The notes under the pieces: generated by a model
What the model was told of the DNA's origin: nothing
The model's database searches: none
What the model saw: the letters and a program-made list of their open reading frames with translations, nothing else
Shown here: positions 49,966 to 63,100 of the stretch, one piece after another
Layout of the letters: each line of letters opens with the position of its first letter
Numbering within the stretch: position 1 is the stretch's first letter
Origin: Candidatus Omnitrophota bacterium
GTDB taxonomy: Bacteria; Omnitrophota; Gorgyraeia; Zapsychrales; JANLHA01
Length of the DNA stretch: 64,000 nucleotides
Direction of reading: 5' to 3'
NCBI GenBank assembly: GCA_023247795.1
Contig: JAHFFT010000006.1
Span: 4,664 to 68,663, forward strand
Made by a program: the position numbers and the translations under genes

Positions 49966-50000
49966 CAGAATGGACATTAATTTAAAGGGGACAGTCCCCT
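49966..50000. repeat. composite CAGAATGGACATT-N7-AGGGGACAGTCCCCT (REP)
   Basis: Exact motifs, 5 bp from the 3' end of the RAYT gene. Confidence 0.7.
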
Positions 50001-50005
50001 GTTAA

Positions 50006-50545
50006 TTATTCCTCTACTTCGTAAGAATCAAGAATTTGGAACCAGGAATAGGTGTCTTGATCTGTATAATCTTCAATGGGTTTGAGTGCTGAATTGATGC
50101 GTTTGTGTCCAGTGTGATAAGCCGCGCTCGACCACTCCCATTCCCAGGCTTTTTTTACTAGTTTTGCCTGTACCGGGTTACATTCTACATAACGGATAGC
50201 CGCCAAAAGATGATCTTCTTCCAGTAAGCACGAATAAAATCTTTCCTGCCAAAAATGTCCATTTAGATTACGTTTGCGATGCTGATCTTGAGCATAGCGC
50301 ATATGACAAACGCTAAACGCCTTTGCCAGGGAATCCTCTTTGTGGGGGATGACTATAAAGTGGACATGATTGCTCATAAGGCAATAGGCGAGGATGGACA
50401 TGGTGTATTTTTCGCTATATTCACAAATCCAAGAAAGGTATTTTAAATGATCGGCGTCATCAAAAAAGACCGTTTGTTGATAATTCCCCCTCTGGACGAC
50501 GTGATATGGGTAGTCTGGTATTACAATGCGTGCTGTTCGTGGCAT
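50006..50545 (-). CDS. REP-associated tyrosine transposase (RAYT; IS200/Y1 HUH family)
   Basis: HUH motif MSNHVHFIV; ...GHFWQERFYS...IRYVECNPVQAKLV...WEWSS... matches the RAYT C-terminal catalytic-Tyr region (compare E. coli YafM WQPRFW...NP...W.WSS). Flanked by REPs. Confidence 0.8.
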   Translation of the reverse strand: MPRTARIVIPDYPYHVVQRGNYQQTVFFDDADHLKYLSWICEYSEKYTMSILAYCLMSNHVHFIVIPHKEDSLAKAFSVCHMRYAQDQHRKRNLNGHFWQERFYSCLLEEDHLLAAIRYVECNPVQAKLVKKAWEWEWSSAAYHTGHKRINSALKPIEDYTDQDTYSWFQILDSYEVEE

Positions 50546-50661
50546 AATCTACAAATTGATGTGGGGGGTACTAAAAAAGTTGGGTGCGGGAATATGAGGA
50601 CAATAGTTTATACAACAATTTTGATAAAATGTCAAGTCTTTAGGGGCAATCACCAAATTTT

Positions 50662-50717
50662 CAGAATGGACATTTAAAAATAGGGGACTGTCCCTATTAT
50701 TAAAAATGTCCATTCTG
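50662..50717. repeat. 56-bp perfect palindromic composite: CAGAATGGACATT / AGGGGACTGTCCCT / AATGTCCATTCTG
   Basis: The arms are exact reverse complements around a central REP. Lies upstream of the RAYT gene. Confidence 0.75.
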
Positions 50718-51120
50718 AATGTCTACTGTATTGGAGTTATCTTACCTAATTTAGGCATATAAACTGTTGTGGATTAAGGTGTTAATGAGAAAATTATTTT
50801 TTTACACCCTTGTTCTTATCGATATTTATGTTATACTTACTTTGCAAGTGATTATAGAATTTTATTAGATTCATAACATGTTGTAGTAAAACAGTTTAAG
50901 ATATGATAAAAGCCACGGATATCTTAAATTTGAGTATTAAATTTAATTTTGGTAAAGTTTAAGGGGCTGCCGAAATCGAGGCAGTCTTTTTTTATTTCAT
51001 CGGCCGATGAAAATGACACTCAAACAACTAACCGCAACACCCCAAAGGGAACTTCAAAAAGAGTTCCCTCCATTCATCACTTGCACAGAGGGAGCCTCCT
51101 TAGCCCTAAAATCCATTTTT

Positions 51121-51156
51121 CAGAATGGACATTATATCAAAAGGGGACAGTCCCCT
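51121..51156. repeat. composite CAGAATGGACATT-N8-AGGGGACAGTCCCCT
   Basis: Exact motifs, 19 bp upstream of the giant ORF start codon. Confidence 0.7.
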
Positions 51157-51174
51157 AATTAACCGAGTATGACT

Positions 51175-54100
51175 ATGGACGAAAGCAGATTGGACATTAA
51201 AAATATAAGTACTACTAGAGGCAGTATTAAAAATTTTAATACTAATAGAGATAGTCTTTCGTCTATATTGCCGCATATTCTCCCAAAGGAAGAACCAAAA
51301 CCATTCAAAAGCGGGTTTAAGCATTGGATTCGTATCGTTGCCATGATCGTGATCGCGGTGTTTTTGCCGGAACAGATCAGCTGGGCGTTCAACTACAACC
51401 CAGCAGTTCTCTGGGGAGGGCCAAAGCAGGATTTGATGCACTTAGCCCAGCCCGCACCGGTTATGCCAACTCCGGCGCAAGTCCAAATTCCAGTTGTCCC
51501 TAGCGATGCCGAGATTTCTCAGCAGCTTTCGCAAAGCGTACACGATATGCTCGGCCGCATTGCTTATCTTGAAAACGCGCAAGTTCAATTCGACCTGCAA
51601 AACCCCAACGATCCAAACAAAAAGCCGCAATCATCAATTCAAATCAAACCAAAGAACGTTGTCACCGAACAAAGCATGATGGCCTATGTCGAGTGGCTGC
51701 GCCAGCCAGGGATTAAACCCCTCAACTGCGGTGTCTATGCTTTGCGGGATTTATTGGGAGCCAACGGATTGCAGGTGAGTTTGCAAGAGTTGTCATTAGC
51801 CACATTGATGGAGGACATCTTAAACGGCATTATCAAACCCGGAGATCCTAAACTCAAGACCTCACTTTACGCGATCGATAAAGTCGCTCAAGGTTATAAC
51901 CTGAATCTCAAGGCCGCAAAAGTCCTGCCGCAGGATGTCGTAAAACTCAAAACACCGTTTATCGCCAACCTTGATCCCGAACATTTTGTTACGGTCACGT
52001 TGATTGAGCAGGATAAGGTGAGTTATTTTGATGTCGGCCGTCCGACCATCCTGGCTAAAGACGAATTCATCAAGCAGGCCAATGGGTTTGTCCTAGCGCC
52101 GGATATGGAAAAGCAAACAATCGAATACGCCTTAGTCTCTGATTCGATGAAGGCCTTTGTCTGGGGCAGCCAGTGGGTGAGGATGAAGGATGATTTGCCC
52201 GGCTTGATTGATGATGGAGATATGTGGGACGAGATATATGTCGAGATCGCTATTGAACTTATTGAGGCTTACTTTTTTGGGCCGGCCGTGGCTGTTATGG
52301 CATATGGAGCCTCTGATCTGGCAAGTACTTTGACTGAAATATGTGTGATGAAGAATGTTTGCGGTGAAAATGACACGTTTATTTTTAATTTCATTTTTAC
52401 CACGGTGCTGATGGCCGCTGGAATGTCTATGGGGGATTTCGCAACGGGAGCGGAAAACGGAGTCCTGAAAGAGGGTGCTAAAGGTGGGCTTAAAGAGGGC
52501 GTTAAAGATGGGACTAAAGAGGGAGCTAAAAAGGGGCTTGAAGATACCGCCAAAAGTACGGCGCCGTCCGCGACTGGTGAAGTCGCGGCAACAGCACCAG
52601 CCATCGAACCTGCCGCTGCAGGCGCGTCCCCAACCATTGGTTCAAGATTGGTCGATTCAATCAAAACCGGCACTCAAAATTTTTATAATGAAATGAAAAT
52701 TTCGTTGACCGACTTTGGCAATAAAGTCGTTGGATTTTTTAAAGGGATCGGCGAGTTAGCACAAAAAGGTTTTAATTTTGTAGTGGGTGGTGGGGCGGAC
52801 AAGGCCCCCCAAGCGGCAGGGACGGCAGGACAAGCAACCAATAATTTGGGAGCTGCAAAAGAGCTTGCCAAAACCATGCCGGCGAAGTTCGATATGGCGA
52901 AGTCCTTAGATCGTTTATTTTCCGCCCAGGCCGTAAAGGCATTCTTTGTTGGAGGCATCAAAGCCCTGCCGAAAGCAATTGTCAGCGCGTACGTTAAACA
53001 GGAAGTGTATAAGATCGTGGATAGGAATATTTCCGAAGACATGAACCCCGCTATCCGTCAGGCGTTGGTGGGTGTTGTTTCGTCCATCGGCGGTGAGCTT
53101 TTGTTGGCGGCCGGCATCAAAGGGCTCGGCGCTGCTTTATCGGAGGTATCACCGGAAATGAATAACGCGCTCAGCAAATTATTCAACATGGGCACATACC
53201 AAAGCGAAGAGGACGCGCAGAAAAAGGCCGACGAAGTAGTTGACAATGCTAAAGCAGACACCATCAAAGCCGCTGATAAGACTGTTGAAGGTCAGAATTT
53301 GACAGCAGAGCAAAAAGAAGGAGTGCGAAATGCGGCACTCAAAGCCGATGAATATAAATTCAACGCGATTGAACGAACGGTTTATCAGTCGGAACTTGAC
53401 CGTATTAAGTCAGATAAAAATTATAGTCGTGATAATGACGCCTTTCATGCCAGCACATTTGTCGATGAGTTTAAAGTGATTGGCAAAACCATTGGGCCGC
53501 GTTTGGCGGGTGCCGCGGTCGCTGCTGGTCTGCGTTATCTCGCTGATAAAAATTGGGGTGATGCCGACGCCAAGTCGCAGGTTTCACAAATGATCGGTGA
53601 GATCGGCCAAGCCGTGGGCGGAATTTTATACGGAATTGCCATCAGGCAAGATTCGGGTTACACGAAGGAAGAGATCCATCAGGATAAGGATGGCACGAAG
53701 GAAACAAATTCAGATTATGATAAATATTATCGTGAGAATAAAATCACCGGAAAGCGGGAGTATGTTGCTGAAGGAGATGGCAAGACGATCTACAATCCGG
53801 AATATCCCGGCAGCGAGAAGGGAAAACATTATCTTTTGAGCGACCGAACGTATGGGGCCATGTTATACGATGCTCTTACCAGAGGGGCTGTTGGTCTGTT
53901 GGTCGCGCACGGCCTGGACAATTACGAAAAGCGAAATGTCGATGTGGACGCGAATGGCGATCAAAACCGTTACCAACTGGTTAAAGGACGTGCTGCCATA
54001 TTGGGTGGGCTGATTTTGATTGATACCATCGTGACGGACATTAATAAGTGGGCTGGTATCGATAACCCCGAGCGCTATTTAAAAGACGAAGGGGTCGGGA

Positions 54101-57100
54101 TCACGAAAATCGCCGGCGATTCGTTTATCGCGCGTTATTTCACGACCAGGGTGGCTGAACAATTGATCGCCATGGTCAGACCGATCGCGACTTTTAGCGG
54201 CAGTCTGCCGGGCGAAGACGGGGCCGGGGATGATAACCGCTGGGCGCGCGATCATAAAACCGCTTACGGCGAAAATTACACTTCAAGCCAACAGAATTAT
54301 TTGACTTATCTCACCCAGCTTTCCGAGATGACCGGCCAGTCTTTAGAAACGGTCAATCAGATCAAGGCGAATAGAGACGCGCTCAAAGAACAGCTTAATA
54401 GCGGCCAGATCACTAAGAGCGAGTACGAGGCCAGAAAAATGTTTGCTTTTCACGACATCATGTGGGCCGCAAATGGTGCTTTTTACGTCGATCGGATGAA
54501 TTCGGCAATGGCCGCGGGTTTCGTGAACAATTCTTTTCAAAGCGGCGGGATTTATGATGAGGTCGAGGCCATTCTCGGATACCTTCCGTTAAAAATAACT
54601 TCCGGACTAGCGTTAAATCACCGTGAGGTGGTTTTTAAAAAGGAGACCAAGGAGGGTGAACCTGATAAATTGATTGCCATTGCCACGACCAAGAGCCCAC
54701 GGGAACCGACGATCATTATGGGCGACACCTTGGGATTTGGCTGGGTCAAGGGGATGAATAACCTTAAGATCGATTCCGAGACCAATACGAGCTCGGTCGG
54801 TTTGGGATTTGATCATTTGACTAATCGTTTTCTGGGCTTCTTGACCGATAAGGAACAGAAAGAATTCAACGTGACGGCCGACGAGGCCGGGGTTTTTGAT
54901 TCACATACCGGAGAGAAAATAGTTGGGCTAGAAGAATTAAGGACGTTGAACCATCATCTTGGCATTTTAAATAAAATAAAGACCGGGCAAGCCTACCAGG
55001 AAGAGAACGGCGATGTTTTTGATACCAAGACCAATAAGGTGCTGGCATACGCGGCAGAGATGAAAGATGGGGAGTCCAAATATCAACTGATTACCGCGGA
55101 ATTGAAAAGCGGTCAAACGCAAATCCGCAATGGGATGGACGTGGATATGTTTTCCGGCAACGTGATTTCGAATGTTGCTTTTAAAGACGCCGACGGTAAA
55201 AAACTGGCTGCCGTGCGATTGGATTTTAAGCAAACTCCGGAAAATACCGAAGGCGATAGGAATGGCCAGTTTTTGGTTTTTGGCCGCGCGGACTTGGCAC
55301 GGGAATTTGATATTTCGGGTGTTAAGAACGATATCATCGATAAGATGAAAAAGTTGTCTCCGGACGCGCTTTGGGTGGAGGATGATCAGGGAGATGAAAT
55401 TTTTCATTTTATAGATGTTAAGTCTCTTGAAGAATTTAAAGATAGCATTGATTCGATTGCGAGATTGAAAGATAACCAAGATGAAATTTTAAGTTATGAT
55501 CCTGATTATGATGATGAAGAGCGCCTTGTTCCGAGCAAGCGCGTCATTTTAGACAGCGATGGAAGGGAACTTTTTGTCCTTGATAAGGACAACGCTGATC
55601 CCAGAATTACATTTAAAAAGGGATCGCTTGATTATGTCAAAGAGAATTTTAAAGAATACAGCGCCTCTGACCGGATAACAACATATCAGGGCGATGGTTT
55701 TGGCCGAAGGATTAAAGACGAGGATATCGGCTGGCAGGCGAGCAGACGGATTTCTACGGATGGCTCCGGACAGCAGCAGGACGAGATTGTTTCAAATAAG
55801 CTCGTCGGGGAATCAAGGCTCATTTCGACAGCGGCTTGGTTGCTGATGCCGGAGTTGGCGAATTTAGCGTTGAAGGAGAAAGATGGGGGTGGAGGGTTGG
55901 ATCCAAAGATTATGCGCAAGGTTTTGGAGCAAACAGCAGGAACAGATTCTTTAGGGGTGAGGATGCTGGCGTCCGGTCTTGATCAGGTTAATAAGATGCA
56001 CGCGGAGAATGATACACCATTCACTTATGATTTTGCCGGGACCGACACCCATGGCAAGACCATGTTTAAATTGCAGGGCAACAATAACGAAAACGGCAAG
56101 ATGACCATAATTTTTGATAAAAGCGGCAAGGCGAACATTCGTTTGGCGCGGGACAACAATGCTAACCTTGATATCTTCGACGGGGCGCTGAATTTGGTTG
56201 GCTACAATAAAGACGAGGCCGTGGCGATCAAGGCGATAAAAGCAGTAGGGCTGTCCGCCGCCGACATCATTTTTGGACGGGGGTTTGATGCGAATGTTTA
56301 TTCCATCAGGGATTTGGTGGCTCGGGAAGAGAAGAGTGATAAATTGGAAGCGGGCTTGACGGATTTGGTCATCAGTCAAGCAAACAGTCAATTAACGACA
56401 CTTTTGAATGATTATGGTTATGTTGGTATAACTAACATTGATGTTAATCATTTCCTCAGCAAAGTGAGTCCGTTTGATTTGATGGATAAAGGGTCGATCG
56501 CGATCGACGGGTCAGAGCCGGTCAAGGCAAGTAAGGATACCAGTGTTACGGTAACGGGTAATATTGTTAAAACAATGACTTACGATTTACCTGAGATGAA
56601 TGATTTGACCACCAGCAAGGTGGATCAGGGTAAGGATCTAGGGCAGATTTCTATGAGCGACGGGCGGGAGACAATCATGAGGTACGATCGTGTTGATGAT
56701 GATGTAAAGAGCAAATTTATAATGAAAAACGATCACGATGAGATGCGTGTGACGACCGCAGGCGATATTAGTGTAGATAATAATGTTTTCAAGATTATTA
56801 ATTATGATCCGACTGATGCGGATATGGCTCATGGCATAAAAGTGGATATTGAAGGTTTGAAAAATGCTTTGTGGGAAAATGATTGGGTTGCCACGAGCGC
56901 AGGATTGCGAGAGATTGTCAGCAATGCCAAGGAACTGCAAAAAAGCGAAAACAATCAGAAAGAAGCATTTAGAGAGGCAGTACAGACGTCGTTGGCTGAG
57001 ATGAAGCAATTCGATAAGGATTATGGGATGTCGGCTGTGGATCAGAATAAAGATCTGATCCTTGCCGCTCTGGGAAAAAATGATAAAGGTGAGCGCATCG

Positions 57101-60100
57101 CGAATGTTTATTCGGCGTATCAGGGCAGGATTTGGGATGAGGATGAGATCATGAAGTATTATGGTTATGAAAAGCCGTCGAGCGAGGCAAGTGATCTCGA
57201 TGGAAGCAATGATGAAAAAGAAAAATTTAATTTGAAGCTGAACCAGGGCACGGTTGCTCATGTCGAAAAATTGGACAGCCCCTTCGGCCGTATGTTCACG
57301 GAAGCAGGTAGTACCAGAAATATGGGGGAAGGGTCGATGGATGATTTATACAAAGTCAATCAGGTCAGTGGCTCGACCTTGGCCGCGATCGCGCCTGTTC
57401 AGCTCGATGATTTAAGAAATTTTATGACGGAGACAGACCGTGTTTTTACGAACGAGGGATTGGGTAAGATCGTTGATCAAGCTAAAGGTGGTCATTTGAA
57501 GAAAGCCCTCGCGGACAATGGTTATGATTTAACAGGCGAGGATATAGCAAAAATTGATGAGAAGGCCGATCTGCGTTTGAAGACTGATCTGCGGGAGAAC
57601 GGTTATACGAATGAACACGGTGAAATTCAGGACAGTTTCAGAAAATTGCAATCAGCCGATGAAATGCGGCTGACTAGTGAATTTGGCGAATTGAAAGATC
57701 AAATTTTTCAAAGTTTAAAAAATTCCGATAATGGCCAAATCACCATGGAACCACTAACACTCACGTCTGGCGGGATCATTGATTACAATTCGAAAAATGG
57801 ACATGCTGATCTGTTCAGCATTCCGCAGGGTGGGCAGTTCGGTGGCTTGCTTCCGAGTGGAAAAGTTGCTTATGACCAACATCCTTCGCAAATTGTCCTG
57901 GAGGAATCCGGTGTTTATCGAGGCCCAGGGAGTGTTTTGGTTTACGGCGAACGCTACGGCCATTCGATTACGACCGATGTTTTTGGCGGTGATTATTTTG
58001 ACAAAAATGTGATTTATCAGATCGGCAGTGACGGTAAGTCTGAAAGTTACGCTTTGGGCAATGGCGAGTTGCCGGAACAGCTTCATATCGGTAAGACCAA
58101 ATTATCAGGAACGCTGAAGACTAAAAACGAAACCACGGTCGCGTATGAAGGAAAAGGTTTTGATATCTCGGTAACCAAGTTTGGCGATTCACAGAAGTTA
58201 AAAAATGTTTCTGATTTGCCGGTTTCGGTTGATATGTCTAAGGTGGCGGAGTCAAGAGCAAACACCTTCTTGACCGAAGACCCGACGGTTACGGTAACGG
58301 AAAAAGGTCAAAGTCCTAGAACGATCACCTTTGATATCAAGGGCCGTGATCAGGAGCATGGATTTATCTGGGAAAAGGGAAGCGAAATTGTTAATCTTCC
58401 CGACGGTACTCGGCAGCTGGTCTTAAGCGGTCCCATCAATGAACCGGGGCTTGCGGATGTTTCGTTCAATCATTCCTCGGAAGAAGGAGCCAGAGTGGAT
58501 GAGCAAAGATCAGCGATCATTCCGATCTTAATCCCGAAGGCCAATGTTTCCAACGGGACAGAGGCTGCCGGACCAGGATTAAAGGTTGATCGTCTTGGGC
58601 TCGGAACGGTTGGCCAGCTCATCGTAGCAAGTGGAGAGCCGGTTGATTCTGCCACGAAAAAAATTGTCGGAGCAGATGGACAAGAGAAAGAAGAAGAGTA
58701 TCGGGTTTATAACGCTAATTTTGAGGGAGAAGATGATGCCACGGACAGCGCCGGGGTTCGGCGGTTGATCGTAGAAGGCAATCCGTTCAAGTCAAAAGAG
58801 CGATTTGGCAACATCGAATTGGACCAGCCAACGACCAATATGGGTTTTACGATTAAGCACGACATAGATACAGCAGGGAAAAGTCCGGAGGATGTTAAAA
58901 GGGAAGAGCGGAATCAGGCGGTTCATTTGGAGACTAAAATACAGGAAACATCAAAGGACAGTTATGCACCATCTGTTAACCCAAATGGAATTTTGGATCC
59001 GATGTTAGTTGTTGGCAACGACTTGGATCTATGGGATACAACGATGATTGATACAAGATCGATTTCTAAACTCTCGGCCATCGATGGTTTTGATATTGAT
59101 CTCTTAGGTAATTACCATGTTCATGACGGCACGCGAAAGGTTTCTGAATTGTTAAATATTGATAAGACGTATGAATCCGCATCGGGAAAATTAACGGTAA
59201 TCAAATCAGATAAATATGGGGTGGTTTATGAAAATCCAGAGCAGACGTTTGAATATTTTTCAAGCGCAAAGTTAACGACGGTTTCTAAATTAGATGAATC
59301 AAAGTCTCGTCTGGATTCTATCATTTATGATGTGAGAAAAGGACTGGCTTCGGGTTTTGATAAGGATGAGAATTGGAATGGTTCCGAAGGGCAGCTCTTT
59401 GTCAAAAGCATTGATTTTGACAGCCGAAGTTTAACGTATGACAATAAAGATTTTAAATTGGGAGTGGAAGGTTATAAAAAAGCTGATCAGCGTTTTGCTG
59501 ATACCGTGCTGCGGGCTCAAGGGAGCGAATTGGTTTTAGGCGGGGGTAATAAAGAGGAAAAGAGTGTTCAGCTCTCAAATGCGGCCAGCAGTTATCGGGA
59601 TAAGTTGGTTCAGGAATTGCAACTGTTTAGCAATATGAACACGGATCAGATCAAGGAACATTTAAGGGAAAGATTTCAAGAAATCAATATCCCATTTGGC
59701 GATGACGCGAGTTTTCAAAGGGAGGTCGGTAAGGTATTTGGTACCCTAGTAAAACTTTTTGAGGGACACAGCACGTTAAGCAAGGACAATGAAATGCTTG
59801 CGGATTTTGGTCAGTTGGCCTGGAATTTAACAAAACAGGATCCGGACACGGCCGCCCTGTTAGTTGGTGTTAAAAATGAAGACCGGGGCGCGATCAATGA
59901 TTACGCGCATGCCATGCGCCAGACTGAGGTTTTGAACACCTTTGACAACTGGAATGAGAATCAAAATGATTTACCGAATTTAGGAAAGCTGCATGGGGCC
60001 GCGGACGGGTATGAAGCGACTGCTAAAGCAGGGAATTCTCGAACATTTCAGGAGACCGGTGCAGATGGAAAACAAAATATTAATCGGGAGGAAGGCCTGA

Positions 60101-63100
60101 CCATTGCCTTAGGGGATATGCAGGTGACGAGAGCGCAAGGGCTTCAGCTCGCCTTGCAAAAGGCAGATTTAAAAGCCATCGAAAATATCGCTCAGCGTTC
60201 CAGTGACCAAGATTTAAAAAATAAGCTGGTTGATTTGGCTAAGGCGATACGTGCAGGTTCGGTTCCGGATGCGGTAGGGTTCTCCGATTTGATTGTCAGT
60301 AAAGGGCTGGATTCATTTGTCAATTCACCGGACTCGGTTAATTTAGAAATTGTCAAGGAGATTGCCCGCTTAGGTGATGCTAAGGCAGGGAAAAATATCT
60401 TTAGCGGTGATATCAAACGCCTGCCGTTCACCGAGGGATCTCGTTATTATTTCGAAGGCCCGATTGATCCAAAGCTCAAAGAGGCGTTTGGTCCCATCGG
60501 ATTTGGCGTCAACGACGGGCATTTTGAAGGGATTAAAGAGAAATTTTTTGAAATTCATGAACGTGGGGATTTTTTGGGAATGGAGCAACATTTTACGTTT
60601 ACGGGTCATTACGACGATGCGAATGGCCAAGCTAAAGTTGAACAAGTCCATTTACAGGGTAATAACGCCGGATATATTGCAAATATTTCAAAGTTGCTGG
60701 GTCAAGAAATTTTGTTCCAAGGCAGGGAGACCGATATTACGTTAACAGCCCAGAATGGGTTTATGGATCTGCGTGAGGACGGCAGTATTTCTGTTCCACA
60801 AGGAGTTGACGTCCAGGCCTGCGGTTCGATGCCGGGATGTCTTAAGGACAAGACGAGACTTTTGGAAAGCATCGATTCATATGTGACCTTTGGTGAGACT
60901 CGCAAACTCGCCTATGGCAAGATTAGTGGGACCGGTGAGTTTGCTCATATTTTCGATCTTAATTTTCCGAAGCATGAGCCTGCGCCCTCTGAGGAAAAGG
61001 CACCAGAACCAAATGATCAAGAAACAACCCGTGTCGTCGTGCGGCCGGTAGGCGATGGTGTCGTTTCGATTACGGAATCAGGAGAAAAAGCTGATAAGAA
61101 ACTTCAGGAGCAAACCGCTCCCAAAGATTTGACGGAACAAGGGAAGAAAACATATCAAAAGATTGTTGATAAAACCCTTCTTACCCAGCAGGTTTTTAAC
61201 CTGGGTGTCCCGATTGAACGGTTTCACAATGGTAAAATCGAGCAAGATATGCAATTGACAGCGCTTCCACAATTGGCCTTGGAGAACGGCTCGCTGGCGG
61301 TCTTGGATCAAAGCGTTAAGAAGCCGGCTATTTCGCAAGCAGAACTGGCCGATTTTTTAAAGACCGGGAAACTTCCGTCCGCGTATAAAAAGCAGGGTAT
61401 TCCGGTTTTGACAGGGTTTAATTTAGAAAAGGATGATAAAGAAAAAATTTCAGTCAGCATTGCATCTAAAGGTGAACAGGGGGAAATCGCGGAGATATCA
61501 TCTCTTGTCCGAAATCCAAACGCAACAGGCCAATTTTCTAACGACGCGGTTGGGATGGAATGGACACCCAGCGGCCCGAAATTTTTTGGCGGGGAGAGTT
61601 TGGGACGAGCGGTTGTTGGACATCTGCAAAGAGAAGGAGTCGTTCTTCCTACCGATGAACGTTTGGGCAAGTTATCGCTCGATAAAGCGCCAAAGGCTGT
61701 TTATGATTTGAAATATGCCGGTGAACAGATTTTGAGCCCGACAAGCGGGAAATGGGTTAGCGTGGATCAAGGGAAATTTAGGGTTGGCGGTACGGTGACG
61801 GATCCAACATCTGTTTCTCATGTTAATTCGGTCTCGGGAGCATTTATTTATGACCGCGTTGCTCAGGTCACGGGCTGGCGGCCGCTGTATGACAATAATG
61901 AAAATTTAGTTGATCTCGAATATCTTGCCACCAAGGGATCCATGGAAGCGCCAGTCACCCCTGGTTTTATTGTTAATCAATCAAATGATTTCGGGTTTAA
62001 GATCACACTAGTAGCTCCCAACCTTAATAATAAGCCACAAGAAAAACAACCCGAAGAGCAACAGAACCCTCTTAAGAATCAAGAATTGCATAACGTGAAT
62101 ATTTCTCCAAAGCCGGATGAGAATAAAAATCTTGTTATGGTTTTCGGCCCGGGTGACGTCAAACAACAACTCTTAGAATCTTCGATCGGTTTTACCATTG
62201 ACAATCCTTATGCTGTTAATGATCCGATGCGGGCACGGATAGGTATTGATCGGCCGGATACACAGGTCACCATTTTGAATGAACACCTTGAGGATGAGCG
62301 AGCCGGTGAGCCTAATTTGAAGGATGGCGGTTATTATGGCGCCCGTCCGGGGACGTTTTCGGGTGGGGCGGATTCCGCGTATATCAAGGCCAAGAAAGCA
62401 GAGATTACGGCGGCGTGGAATGACTTGAACGAGGAAGAAGCTCTCCTTAAGGGTGCTGGTAAAAATCCTGATCAAGACGTGCATTATAAAAAGCATAAAG
62501 AAGAAGTAGCAAATTTAATCGATAGCTTACCTATTGTGCAGCAGACCACCTCTGCCGGAGATCGGCTCCGCTATAAGCTTACGAAGATGTTGGTTGACAA
62601 TATCCATACTGGCGGTTTAGGGTTTGTAGGGTTTGAGTATTCCGGTGGAAAATTCGGTTGGGTGAGGCCGGCAGAACCAAAGCCGGAAGATTTTTCTAGA
62701 CCTTCTGACTATCGAGTGGCCAAGATCAATTACGATGCCGCTGAAGATGAATTTAAAAAGATCATGGCTCCATTAGTTAAAGGAAGCGGCCAAGTTGTTG
62801 ATGGTTTCACAATGGATCAGGTGGGATTGATGCATTTTCTTAACGGGACTGAGCCGCAATATATTTCTGACGGGCTTGTTTCTTCCAGTTACGATTTATT
62901 GCGCGGTAAAAATTTTGTTGATAAACCAATCACCAGCCAAGACGCGGTGGACCCCAGCAAAAATATTTCAAAAACCGAAAGGAATGCTGCAAAATTCATA
63001 TCTTTAATTCAAGAATATATAACGGGTCCAGTGGGTGAGAGGTTAGGGGAGGTTGCAGATAAAGTGATGAATAATCCGCGGTATGCTTTTAACCCGGACC

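Noticed and set aside
52269-57261. Minus-strand ORFs inside the giant gene (52269..52673, 54967..55479, 55951..56391, 56638..57261, and others)
   Set aside because: The plus-strand frame is uninterrupted for over 12.8 kb. The antisense ORFs are short, isolated and compositionally biased (Ile/Asn/Phe-rich).
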